From: Phoronis australis | Lineage: Eukaryota; Animalia; Phoronida | NCBI GenBank assembly: GCA_002633005.1 | Contig: NMRA01000697.1 | Coordinates: 124,001-188,000, forward strand | Length of the DNA stretch: 64,000 bases | Reading direction: 5' to 3' | Shown here: in pieces, positions 13,640-25,324 of the stretch | Layout of the letters: the number at the start of each line of letters is the position of its first letter | How positions within the stretch are numbered: the stretch's first letter is position 1 | Program-made: the position numbers and the translations under genes | Notes under the pieces: generated by a model | Seen by the model: only the letters and a program-made list of their open reading frames with translations | Database searches by the model: none | What the model was told of the DNA's origin: nothing

Positions 13640-14107
13640 TGACGGGCAAGCAAAATTGGATGTGAATGTACAGCGTAAAAATCAAAATGGTGTGACATGC
13701 GATTGTCAATCACAATAGAGACACGAGGTTGTCAGTTTGAAAATATTGTACTGAAAGTAAACCGCTTTTACAGACATAACAGACAGCTTGAGCAAAAGGG
13801 GGGTTATAGTTAACAGAGTCAGAGCATCAGTTTGCAAATCGCTATGAAGACAGGATATACACCAAGAAAAAAGTAATACTGATTAAAATCCCTTTTAAAT
13901 AGGGACATAAACAGAGGCAGAAAAGTAAATACTCGCAGGCTGTAGAAGGTGCAGAACCTGTCCAAAATGACACGGTTCCAATATCCGAAATGCAGAGTGT
14001 CACACAGCATAAGCATCTTTTAAATATATATATTGGGGCTGCTATGCAGTTACTAACGACTGTGTATCACGCTATGTGCCACAGGAAGAACTACATACAC
14101 TACAGGC

Positions 14108-14342
14108 GCTTCCCATTTAAAAAGGGACTTTCCCACTTTGTCCCAAACTGAAATGTAATATTACAACATAGATAAATATCTGATCAACATTTTGTCTTTA
14201 AATTTGGTTTGTAATCGATCATTACCCCCTCTCGATTACAAACCATATTTAAAGACAAAATGTTGATCAGATATTTATCTATATTGTAATATTACATTTC
14301 AGTTTGGGACAAAGTGGGAAAGTACCTTTTTAAATGGGAAGC
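14108..14342. repeat. Near-perfect inverted repeat (~111-bp arms, ~13-nt loop); foldback MITE-like
   Basis: gcttcccatttaaaaagg...ttgtaatcga / tcgattacaa...cctttttaaatgggaagc are reverse complements with about 3 mismatches. Confidence 0.95.
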
Positions 14343-15229
14343 ACTTATACGGAAGCGTGCATTTCTATTACATATCTATGAAAGAAAAATAAAATATCAA
14401 TAAAAACACTCCAGAACACTATTCGGAGGGGCATCTGGAATAATAATACCGCAAAAGGTCGTATAAAATATACAAAGTACACAAATCAGGTAAGCAACTT
14501 GGTCCATAAAATATGATTGCCAGTAAGAAGACCTAGCACCGCATCAAATGTGTTCAACGAATAATCTATAACTAAGTAAAACAACAAATAACATTTGTGC
14601 CTGCGATTATTCAAATCATTGTTACTGTACAACCTTTGCCCTGACGGTATGTGGAAGGGGAACCCGACTTCGCTGCCTCCGACAAGTAAGCAGATTTTCA
14701 GTTTCGTGGCTAATTCACGTAGATAATTACATGCAAATTATTTCTTTGGCTCACTATTATAGCCTTTTCGTGACTGGAGGTTTAGTTTCCAGCTCAAGCT
14801 GATTTATGTTCGTGCCAGTCCCGGCGGCCGCGACGGGTGTGATCGGGTTCCGAGCCACTGGCCGGGATAACGAGTCAGTCCGGCCGAGACGGGCCTGGAT
14901 CGGGTTCCAAGCCACTGTCCAGGATAACAAGCGTTTTGTGTGGTTAGAACTAAAAAAAATCAAAAGTCTAAACAACACGGATCCTGTCTGTATTTTACGA
15001 AAGAATACTTATCTCCGAACAGACCCAAACTCCTGCTACGGACCTTGGTAAATTGGCCTGCCGAACTTTGTAGGCAACGGTGTATCCAACTACCAATAAA
15101 TCCGTTATGTAATTCCAGTATCGAACACGCACCCAAACTATCAGTACGTCTGGAACCTGGGTGGCACACTTGTCAACCACTGGCACTAACGCATTCTACA
15201 TGAGTACCCAGACCCTAACTGTGCTTCAC

Positions 15230-15470
15230 TCCTTGTTAAGTCTTAAAATAGCTTAAGATTATCAATACACGGGCACAAAAAGCCACACCACAGCAAGAAA
15301 TTTAATATCGGCAACTCACCTATCCCAGCAGGCGTGGGACAAACTCATAACCTGGGCCGCATGGCAGGTCCCTTGCCTATCCGCCCCATTGATAACCTTT
15401 TTATCTCGCCGCTGGGTCTCCTCCCCAAACACGACGGGGATTGTCGCATGATATCCCACTTATACCCAGG
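15230..15470 (+). mobile_element. DIRS/Ngaro-like reverse transcriptase fragment
   Basis: LGRMAGPLPIRPIDNLFISPLGLLPKHDGDCRMISHLYP matches the GRxxGPF..SPLGLVPK..RLIHHLSYP motif of tyrosine-recombinase retrotransposons. Confidence 0.7.
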
Positions 15471-15859
15471 GAAGTGGTTGTTTGGAACCAGGGCCTTGTT
15501 AGGAGGCGTTATTGGCGAGGGATTGGTTTGGGTTTGAGGTTATTAGAATCGAAAGAAATCGGCCGTTAGAAAAGCCATCTGTGGCTAAAAGTAATAACTA
15601 CGTGAAGAAACTTTTGTTAAGGACAATTATCGCCGAATAGGAGGGTGTCTACTACGTATCAAATTGTCTAATTGGGAAAACTTACATGGGAATGGACTGT
15701 TGCTCGAGGCTGGGCCAACGGGAAGCTGGAGAGAAAGAACAACCAGCGCTGCCATCGGACTAGGTAGGAACTACATAGGAATTGGATATGAAGCATGAAA
15801 GGTTGTAGAATATTATTTGCCCAAATAATAGGACTAATGTCATAGTGCCATTAATCTCA

Positions 15860-16250
15860 TTATCGACATCAATTTCGTCAATTATTGAAAATATATTACT
15901 ATAAAAGTGCGGGTTATCAGTATTTGGACCTTACAAATTTACAAGAATGACCCTCTCAACCTCCATAATTAATTCTATAATAACAACATTTACTGTAGTA
16001 TATGTTCTCACATTTTGAACAGTAAAATAGAATATCTACTCCTCTTTTAAATTTCTCTTGTAAGAGCTGACATAACAAATGTAACCCCACTGAGATTCAA
16101 TGTACGGCTCCAAATCACAAGCAAAGTGGGTGTCTTGCAGACGATATATGTTAAATGCTTTACTTTTTATGTAATTAAAGACATCTCTTCTTTTTTCTGG
16201 GGTTCCTAAACCCTGGCAATTAACTGAAAAGATATAAATTCCGACCAAAG
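15860..16250 (-). mobile_element. Tx1/L1 APE endonuclease N-terminal fragment
   Basis: IFSVNCQGLGTPEKRRDVFNYIKSKAFNIYRLQDTHF; probably the 5' part of the LINE that resumes at 12115. Confidence 0.8.
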
Positions 16251-16347
16251 TAGGAAGTAGAAACAAACTACTTTTACAATAGAAATTTTGAGACCACATA
16301 AAGTTTTACAAAAACTTACAGGGTGGCAGGTGGTATCGGGTATACAA

Positions 16348-16402
16348 TCACACACCCACACACACACACACACATACACACACACACACACACACACTCA
16401 CT
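16348..16402. repeat. (CA)n microsatellite
   Basis: Direct inspection. Confidence 0.95.
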
Positions 16403-16729
16403 CACAATGAAAGTATTAATCAAAAAATAGTAATAAACAAAACAGAGGACAACGTGGACATATAACGTGACTGGTGAACTGTGGTCTTCTTCCAGTTCAT
16501 ATCGGCACAAGGGTATTTCCAACCAACTCAAGAGGACTAACAAATCCAATCTGCCACACAGAGATCTCCAGTAATGAATGTCTTGGATAAACTCCATATC
16601 TTTAACTTGATGTACCTTATTCGAGCAGACTTTCAGATATATTTTTTCCATCGTAGGTCCAATATCCTTTCTCTTCCCCTCCCACCAAGACCCCTTACCG
16701 CTTTGAATAGATTTGCCCTTCACTTTGTA

Positions 16730-17093
16730 AGACTCTCGTTAACATAAACGTCCGCATCAGCATCTTTCAAGAACTTACGTTGACGAAAAAAATTGAACGA
16801 CCATTGTATGTGGTAAACTTAACCACAATAGGACGGCATTGTGGCTGAGTTGAATGACTATTATGCTTGACTGAAGCGCCTCCTATTCTGTGGCTTCCAC
16901 TGATATCGGCTTCAGTTGTATTGGCGACCATATTCTTAGCCAATTCTAAAGCAGTTTTATCAATTGATTCTCCTTCTGTCTCCTTTCTACCAGCAATAAC
17001 TAAAACATTTCTCTTGCTATACTGTTGCTGCTCATTACATTCTTCTTGTAAGGCGACAATATCAGAATCATACTTTTGCCTCAAATCGGACAT
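16730..17093 (-). mobile_element. LINE ORF1 fragment (coiled coil plus RRM-like)
   Basis: EQQQYSKRNVLVIAG.KETEGE...DISGSHRIG...RPIVVKF matches the L1-like ORF1 motif (EQYSRRxxLxIxG...HR.G...RPIIVKF). Confidence 0.75.
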
Positions 17094-17753
17094 TTATTAA
17101 TATGAATTGAACAAAAACATACTTATTGAAGTTGAATGCTTTCTAAAATTTAAAAATAGAATATTTTACATTTTGGTGTCCATCCGTCTTCGATCAGAAA
17201 AAGCAAAAGATATAGAATGGCAAATCACATGGCCACGATCAAATTCCATTTGAATTCTATCCCAGAATTTGTCAATCCAAATATTATCCGTGTAAGATAT
17301 TTTGCTGTTAGTCAGCTTAGAGAGCCTCAGATATTTACTGTTTGACTAATTGGTGTTAGCTTAGGGAGCCTCACGCTCACTTGTCTCTTTAGCTTTGCGA
17401 GATCGGACGGGTAGTGACATCTCTATTTTTGTTATTGTTGCCACCATAGATTATAGACAACAGAATCCCAACTCCGACATTTTCTTGTGTGCTATCCTAG
17501 AGGAGGCGCCACTCTCTTAATTTATCTGTTTCAGTTTCCGGTTTGTGTATTGTGATGGGAAATTCTCGCATCTATTTTACTGTCCAGTAGGCCTACTACG
17601 TTAAAAAATAATGTCGGCTTTGAAACGCTGTTCAAAGTCTTCCAATAGTAGAACTGTTGGTATCGTGAGTACTTTTAACAATGCTACTACCACCCGTCCA
17701 CACAACAGCCGACCATGATTAGCAGACGACGTACTTGCCGGAAATAACACCAG

Positions 17754-18014
17754 GCGTGCGTTCAGTAGACGCTAGGACCTACGCTAAGGCCTAGCTAAAA
17801 CCTAGTTAAAGTCACGTGTTTTCGGTTACAATACATGGCAATGTCTCACGTAATCTCGCGAAGTCTTGCTTTTTAGCGAGGTCCTAGCCTTACTGAACGG
17901 GAGGCAGGCGTGCGTTCAGTAACGCTACGACCTACGCTAGGACCTAGCGAAAATCTAGCCCAAGTCACGTGTTCTCACGTAATCTCTCGAAGTCTTGCGT
18001 TACTGAACGGGAAG
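17754..18014. mobile_element. Head-to-tail pair of small MITEs separated and flanked by CAG
   Basis: cag|gcgtgcgttcagta...tactgaacgggagg|cag|gcgtgcgttcagta...tactgaacgggaag|cag; the 3-bp CWG-type TSD suggests Harbinger. Confidence 0.7.
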
Positions 18015-20092
18015 CAGACAATTTGGCCCTTTGTCGCTAGTGAATAATGACGTAACGGCTTGTTCGTAGGAGCACACATTTCGTCCATTAAAAGTATACG
18101 GAGTTGGCGTCGATGTACAACAGTTTATGTTGCCACGCACAACCCAAGAAGAAAATAGCGTCTGCTGGTGCACTTGACACGGACAATCTGGAGAAAATTC
18201 CCGACGACTTTTCAGTCAGCTATCTTCCGAAAGGACATAATTTTGAGGAAAGAATCAAGAGAAGGGCCTTAAATTACTCATAGATTATATTGTGTCAAGT
18301 GATTCACTTTGCGGCAACGCCACTGAATTAGGTAAATCAAGATCGGCGAAAATTCATACAATTAGCTCTTTTAATGTACATGAAAAATAGCTTCATGCAA
18401 ATTTAAACGATCGTTGGTGATTTTCTGAATCCGTTTTGGGGTGGCGGCCAGTTTTCGCCAAACTCCATCGTATTTTGTAGATGACGTTTCGGATGAGCAG
18501 TCGGATGACGATGTTGCCAATGGAGTTAAAGTTGTGTTTATTGGTAGCAAAGTCGATGGTTTAGAGCTGCCATTGGTAAGGCTGATATGACATGGTACCT
18601 GCCCGCTATTAAAAGCAAAACATTCCGGCGATAAAAAAAACTTTTGTATAAAATGCCCAAATAATTTTGAAAGGTTATCTTCTTGCAAACTTTACTAAAT
18701 AAGAAATCAGATTGTTATCATGTAATGTTGGCACGATTTCTAAATTCTTTTGGTCTACATATACCGACCACTAGACTATTTGAATTGACATAACGTTTCG
18801 GTCGGTAATTTCTCCGGCCATCTTGTGGTGTTTCATGGTTAGAAGAACGAGCACGGGTATGTGATGCGCTTATCGTGGTCATGGTTAAGCCCTTGGTTAT
18901 TGGAGCACGAACGGATCTAACCAATACACTACGAAGTCACTCGAGGCACATACGAAGATGCTGGCGAGAAATTGAAATTGGTGCAAATCGGGTAAAGGCG
19001 ACAGTGTGAAAGTGGTGGTTGCCTGTAGGTAGGGAGGGGGCAACATTAGCATAAACCAGATGAAGGCCTGACATTTGTGACCACCCAGCGGTAGGAGGCA
19101 TCGATTTTTCGCCAATAACCCTAGCTATGGTACTGAAGCCAAACTGAAACAGTCATGATCCTATTCTTAATAGGAGTCGGAAAGCGGATTTAAATTTGAA
19201 AAAATGCAATACCAGTGTTTTTACATGAACATCTCTTTGTTTGAGAAATCTAATACAAAATCGATATCATACTACACAACAGTTTGAACTCATTGATTAA
19301 CCCTTCTTATTTTGCTTCCTTCATTATTCATGCTTGTGCAACAAAGGGCAACGCTTGCTGTGACATTTACAGCTTTTTGCCCCTTGTTATCGACCTTGTC
19401 ATTTGCAAGCAAGTTTCTAAAGATAGGTTTATTTGTTTATTGCAGTGCCGGGTGACAATTGTAATATTTGTTATTGTTCATGCATAAGCTCGACATTATA
19501 AATATCAAGGTACCTGGACTTCCCTGCTCGCGCGCGCCTCGCACCTGCTCGCGCACTACTCTCTTCTTTCACGCACGCTATTCAGGTGTATGAACATTCT
19601 TCTTTCCCCACAATGTTTTGCGTCTCGATGACATGACGTATTTCTTTGCTGGTACACGGACCAACGTTTCTCCAGCACATTATACCATGCCCGCGAAAGC
19701 TATTCTATACTCTCGCAATCCATCCCCTTCTCTCGTTCCACTCCGCTCGAAAGGTATGGCTTCTAACATACAGTACTTCGGCTTCAGAATCACGAATGAT
19801 AAAATAATCCTAGGGCAATGTAGAGATGCTGGCAAGTGCCCTACGGACGCGCGACACTGCACTGCAGAATCGAAAAGAGTGTTATGGTGTTCCAGAAAGA
19901 CGCATGTTCCTTCTAAGTGATTAGTTCGAGCTGTAAAGTTGGATATGAAGAATGTAACTTCCAGTTGCAAGAGGAGCAACACAAAATGATTTGGGTGCGG
20001 AATAATTTGGCATAGTACCAATGCCAAGAAATTAGTTGAACGCGTTTTAGACATTTGACTAGGGAAAGTACACATTTTAACAAGGAATTTTC

Positions 20093-20876
20093 GGATTGTT
20101 CTTATACCCCTTCGACCCCCATTACCCCCTCGAACCACGACCCCCTCGACCCTCGACCCACAACCCCCTCGACCCACAGCCTGCAACACCATCGACCCAG
20201 GATATACCAGTTCCACTCGATCTGAACATAAAAAAGCGTTAACTTGATGGATCAACAAGTCGGGCCGTGTGGCTTTTCCTGTTTTTTTGTAAATGAGAGA
20301 GTCAATTTGGCAAGTTTGTAAAAAAAACAGGAAGAAACGACCAAATCAAATCAACGACCTATCAACGTTACAAATGTCGTTCCCGGCAAAGTGTAATCAT
20401 CTCGTCTGGTCTTTACTGAATGGCAGATTCAAGCTGTTAAGTAAAAAGTATATCAACATTACATGGAGTATATTTTAAACGAATATACAACAGAAAAGAA
20501 ATAATAAAAATGTGAAATTATGTCTATTCACGTTAACGTACTCTCTCCCTAAGTTTAGTAGAACAAGACCATTTGTAGCCGCTCGCGGAACTATTTCCGT
20601 GGCAACGTTAGCACGCTCACAATTCACTATTAGAGATCATAATTCTTATGCCGTTTTCTGTTTTTAACCACCAGACTTGAGCTAGAGCAGACCCGCGTGT
20701 AGGTAAGTCTTATGGGAAAGTGATATGATTATGAAATGTGTGAGAAGCGCAAAGATACATCTTGTGCCATAGGTCGTGAGTCGAGGGGGGTTTAGGCCGA
20801 GGGGGTTACGGCTCGAGGGGGTCGTGGGTCGAGGGAGTGGAGGAGTACAGGTTTCGAAGGGGTTTTAGAACAATCG
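20093..20876. mobile_element. MITE with GGATTGTTCT TIRs and subterminal CCCTCGA/CCCACGA heptamer arrays
   Basis: Left ggattgttcttataccccttcga and right tcgaaggggttttagaacaatc are inverted; paralog at 56514-57879. Confidence 0.7.
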
Positions 20877-21149
20877 GAATTGTTTTAATTCGGTGAATAG
20901 GTAACAAGAGAAATGAGTTTCAACAAAATACGAGGTCGTTGACAACGTTCCCGACCTCACCCATAGAACAATACTAATAACCCTGTTCCATCGTTGGTTC
21001 CTTTTTGAAATTCCCTCGTGCACGAAGCTTTCACATGGTGACCCCTAAGTATCTTTCAGACTGTTCTGACAATTCTGATCATTGCCATGGAACAATTTTC
21101 AAATTAGTGACGCACGAACGAGTCCGCTGGCGGCCTAAAACGTTAAACA

Positions 21150-21180
21150 TATATAGGCAAACTACGACCAAATTTAGTAT
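21150..21180 (+). promoter_or_regulatory. Putative core promoter of gene 2 (TATA-like plus Inr-like)
   Basis: TATATAGG at 21150 and TTAGT about 25 nt downstream, ~100 nt before the ATG; the same block precedes gene 3 (60721-60752). Confidence 0.5.
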
Positions 21181-21250
21181 TCACGATCGTTGCTTGAGTT
21201 CTAGAAGTTGAAGCAGACTATACATGTAGGCCAGTTTTTATCCTAACAAA

Positions 21251-21320
21251 ATGACGAAATTTCTATTTGGATTGAAATGGTGTTTATTGGCAAACCTTGT
21301 ATCACTGTTTTGTGCGGTTG
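21251..21320 (+). CDS. Gene 2 exon 1, signal peptide MTKFLFGLKWCLLANLVSLFCAV
   Basis: caaaATG start, hydrophobic 23-aa peptide, phase-1 G|gtaagt donor; conserved in paralog at 60822. Confidence 0.85.
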
Positions 21321-23309
21321 GTAAGTATAGTTAAAGGTAGTTTTCGTTTATTATGTACGGGTAAACATATCTGCTCCTGTTGTAAAGGATCCTATGGGTG
21401 GGGGGCAGGCAGGATAACAATGTGCTGCGAATACGGATATATTTCATCAGTGAATACAGAGGTCTGACACAAATTTTATTTACCTTTTAGTTTCATGTAA
21501 CTTCGATGATTTCTATTTTGGTCTGTGCCCGCTAAAACCAGCAAGCAGCACTGGGGCTTTCAAAATATTTTTTCATATTTGCGTTGGCACAATAAGAGAC
21601 GAAATCTGTTTTACGGCCGAAAACTCCATTTTTGAATTACTGTTGGACGGTATAAAATTATCAGCTTTGACCAGATCTATAAAACAACAAAATCCGCTGT
21701 ATTTGTGAATTTATCACAAATCGCCAATTACCACAGTCATCTGCTAGACATTTCGAAGGCTCTTGAGTCTTTACCATTAAATACGGTCAAATTACTCTAC
21801 TATTTAACAACTGGGATTTGTCAGCGGGGGAGCGTTTGGCTCCTGCTGCGAAGCTAGTGAGTTTTATTCGACATGACTGCTAATTTCTGTAAAGTTACTT
21901 TAAAAATTCTTGGCGAAGAAGAACATTAAAATCTTTCGTGTCCAAGATACCAGTATCTTTGCTACAATAATATTACACGGTATCGTCCACTCGGAACACC
22001 GCAGGTATTTTGATAGTGTCAAATTTCCCTAGAAGGTACAGATTGTATGCACATGTGTAAACTTCAGTCATATGAATATTCATTCTCCAACTTGACACTC
22101 ACACGATTTCTCGCATACATATACGCAAATAATGTTCAGCTAAATAGGAGGAGAAATTAGAGGTTATGAAAATACCAGAGGTGTTCCGAATGAATAAAGT
22201 CATGCGGAGCTGACAAATATTTGAAATCTAATGAGCGCACTGGTGATTGCCACCTATTTACTTTTGCAGCTATTTTTGCATCACATAACATAGCGCAATT
22301 TGCCCTCAACAGCGCGCCAATTTCATAAAAACGATTGCCGCATTGCATTTCATAAGATGGCGATTATGTTAATTTGATGTTGAGATTAGGAAAAAATTTA
22401 CCTGAGGTGAGTAAACTAAGATGAGGAATTCTTCTTTAATAAATTCAAATTGATCGTTTTATCAAGAACTTGGCTGACACATAATTTGTACTTTCGCGTT
22501 TATGTTTATTTCCATGTTTAGTATGTCGTCATAGCGAAATTTGATTTCGTAAACCCGCTTTCTGTAACCCGAAAACGATTTTGAGCTAAACCACTTTCTG
22601 TTGTTCTGTAGGTCACGTGAGCTCTGAAGCAATAGTAGGCTCGTAAATTTTGCGCTCATATTTTTCGCATGTTATGAAGTTTTCAAAATGTAAAATCTAC
22701 GTGCAAAGTATATAAGTGTAAAGATTGGAAGAAATCGAAGACTGGCTAATTACTTTTTCCTGAAGTCCTGGCCATCCTAGGCACTTGAAAGTGGTCCGTT
22801 TTGGTGCATACTGAGGTGTCAAAATGTATATCTATCAGGTTGTCTGAGAATGCTTTTATTTTATTTGTTAAAATTGCCACGCTTTTTCAAAATTTAGATC
22901 AAGTTTCATCTTCTTACTCTTAACAGTGAGTGGAGATGACTGATGACGTTGCAAAAAGCATAGGTTCAAACCAGATTTGTGGGGATAATGTAGTATAATT
23001 TCTAAATGTTGATGACAAATCACTCAAATTTTATTCAAGACATTTGAATAACAAACCATTTGCACCACCAAAACAGTATGATATGCATATTAGTTTAATG
23101 GCTGGGGGTCTCGTTGACTGGTGCATGGTACATAAATCCAACGACTGGTTGCTGAAAATACGAGCGTAAAATTACGAGTGAAAGCTACGAGCATAAAATA
23201 TTCTTCAGAGCTAATGTGACCTGCAAATTTCTCATTAAAACACCAGTGAAGTCTATGTCATAATAATCCAGCGTAGTTAAGGGCGACACTTTCGTCCGAA
23301 CGGCCCAAT

Positions 23310-23490
23310 AGCATATCTAAATATTGCGATACTAAAATTAGATACTACTTAAATGTATATATCTCTATGTACATGTATATTAGTTTCATTTATGAATTGT
23401 TTACAACCCAGATATAATGCTTCGCGATTTCTGGGTTTGTCACCATTTCTTTGTATGTCTTTTGTATTCTTCAATAAATATATATCACTG
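23310..23490 (+). mobile_element. 5'-truncated LINE 3'UTR (same family as 47801-55894 and 63745-64000)
   Basis: Reverse complement of 63750-63920 (acccagatataatgcttcgcg...caataaatatatatc). Confidence 0.85.
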
Positions 23491-23726
23491 TTAAAAAAAC
23501 GGACCACGGTAATTTCTCAGACGGCCGATATTCCCGTCTTTATATTAAACTGAGCCTATTTTCCCTCGTTCAGATGTCGGCAGACTCGATTAATTAAGTT
23601 GATCGACCCATCAATTTAAAACTTGCCGATCTTAAAGTAGCAAGTGAGCAGTGTCGAAAGCAAAACAAACTGAAATTGCGAGTCAACAAGGCTATGATCG
23701 ACCTTCTTTGACAACACTTATTGCAG

Positions 23727-23957
23727 AAGGCCGTGAATGTAGGTTCCTCCCGTCTGGCGGCGATTACAATGGAACCCTGTCAGTCACAATTACGGGAAAG
23801 ACGTGTCAGAGATGGAGTACACAGACTCCTCATACTCATTTGTTTCAAAATACGGACAAAATGGAAAACTACTGCATGAACACGCACCATACAGGGGCGA
23901 TATGGTGCTACACAACTGACCCTTCAGTGAATTGGGAATATTGCCCTTTTTGTTCCG
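23727..23957 (+). CDS. Gene 2 exon 2, kringle (type A)
   Basis: ttgcag acceptor, G|gtgagt donor, 231 nt, phase 1-1; EGRECRFLPSGGDYNGT...CQRW...NYCMN...[18 protein letters not shown]. Confidence 0.93.
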
Positions 23958-24497
23958 GTGAGTGAATAATGCGTAGTCGATAATGAATCATTACTTGTCC
24001 AGAAAACGGCACCATATTCTCTAACCAGATAGGATGTCCTTTCAGCTCATCTTCAGGAGACCGTTTTATCAAAGGTTGTCAGTACAGGTTTATAGCTAAC
24101 ACGGTCGAAACTTCCACTTTAAATTAATCACTGTAAATCAACGTGGCTCCTGCAGACAGTGGTCGTTTTAACTTAGAAATCTGAATAAGAAAAAATAAGT
24201 AACTTCAGATAGAACGCCTTGCACTCATGAAAAGCGCAGTATCAAGTAGGCATTGCCGCCGTGCCTACGATCATTATAATTTAGGCTGGACTTACAACCT
24301 AAGTGTAACAAAGCGTTATGTTTTTGCACAAAGTTGGCAATCATGTTTTTAGAATAGAATACGTGTGTAAGAAGTCGTAATTAATTGCAACGCTGAAAAT
24401 TAGCAAAGAGCAGCGATTCCTAAAACGTACGTGAGGTGAGACGTCGTAAGGTAATTTCTAAAATCTATTTCCACCAACTTTCAACCTGTTCATACTG

Positions 24498-24541
24498 ACA
24501 CAACGTTTCGGTTAGTCATTTCTGCTGCCATCGTCAGGTGT
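24498..24541 (-). ncRNA. Penelope-type minimal (type I) hammerhead ribozyme motif
   Basis: Minus strand ACAC-CTGACGA-T-GG(CAGCAGAAATGACTAA)CC-GAAAC-GTT-GTGT: intact core, stem I ACAC/GTGT, palindromic AACGTT helix III. Confidence 0.6.
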
Positions 24542-24675
24542 TACAGAGTGCCAGACTGAGAATCGAAAGAATCCCAGGCTCAAATCCAACGTGCTGCAAG
24601 AAAAATGTGCAAATTATTGACCACCAAGAATACACAATACCTGCGCATAAACCTCTAAAACGTTGTAAGCCTGCA

Positions 24676-24719
24676 ACATCTGAAGATGGGTGGATAAATG
24701 ACAGATCGAAACGTAGTGC
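24676..24719 (+). ncRNA. Second, more decayed hammerhead motif, inverted relative to the first
   Basis: ACAT-CTGAAGA-T-GG...TC-GAAAC-GTA-GTGC; stems I and II weakened. Confidence 0.45.
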
Positions 24720-24796
24720 CAAACTAAATAGGCTATAGTTTGTGTAAATACATCAATAGATTTAAGAAATAAATATATGTCTTGGTGTTTTTGCAG

Positions 24797-25036
24797 GCCA
24801 TCAAGATTGTAAGAAGGATGGGTGGGGCAAATCCTACAACGGAACAATTAATGTAACCATATCTGGCATACCGTGTCAACGGTGGGATATGCAACACCCA
24901 CACACACACGACGGTTTCGAAGGTGTTCATGAAAATTTTTGCCGAAATGTGGGGACAGACAATACCGAATCTCCATGGTGCTTCACAACAAATTCCTCAG
25001 TCAGATGGGAATACTGTCCGGTTCCATTATGCTCAG
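24797..25036 (+). CDS. Gene 2 exon 3, kringle (type B)
   Basis: tttttgcag acceptor, G|gtaggc donor, 240 nt, phase 1-1; GHQDCKKDGWGKSYNGTINVTISGIPCQRW...NFCRNVG...PWCFTTNSSVRWEYCPVPLCS. Confidence 0.93.
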
Positions 25037-25324
25037 GTAGGCACACGGTTTTCAACAGAGGTGAAATGTCTCCTGAAAATTCTTCAAACATGCGCAGGCC
25101 TCATGTTTGGGCCCATTGCACAAATCACCTGAGCTGAAAACACGAGAACGCGGATATGGTTCTTCATGAAGGGGGTTTTCAAGTCTGCCGTCTGCTTTAA
25201 GAAAAGGGACAGACTCTTCAATTTGTTGTCGTGCACTATATTTTGCTGGCATGTAACAGTGTCCAGGTGGATTGCTATTTACGAAAAGTTCATTTTGATA
25301 TTTTCTCACGACTGATGAAACTTT

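Larger units (their letters stand above)
18500..22550 (+). repeat. Tandem-duplication unit (upstream region, exon 1 and intron 1 of gene 2), paralogous to fragmented 46400-62140
   Basis: Collinear matches: 18500-19345~46400-47155; 19345-19470~47671-47800; 19470-20230~55895-56720; 20235-21050~57548-58050; 21060-22550~60590-62140. Confidence 0.9.

Noticed and set aside
19680-20258. 192-aa ORF and paralogous 230-aa ORF at 56131-56823
   Set aside because: Frames run through MITE heptamer repeats, have non-ATG or non-conserved starts and no recognisable domain.
21007-21015. NF-kB-like site (GGGAATTTC on the minus strand) upstream of gene 2
   Set aside because: Single short imperfect match, not conserved in the gene 3 paralogous region.
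24545-24600. tRNA gene
   Set aside because: Only a partial anticodon/B-box-like stretch; no complete cloverleaf, so at most a SINE relic.
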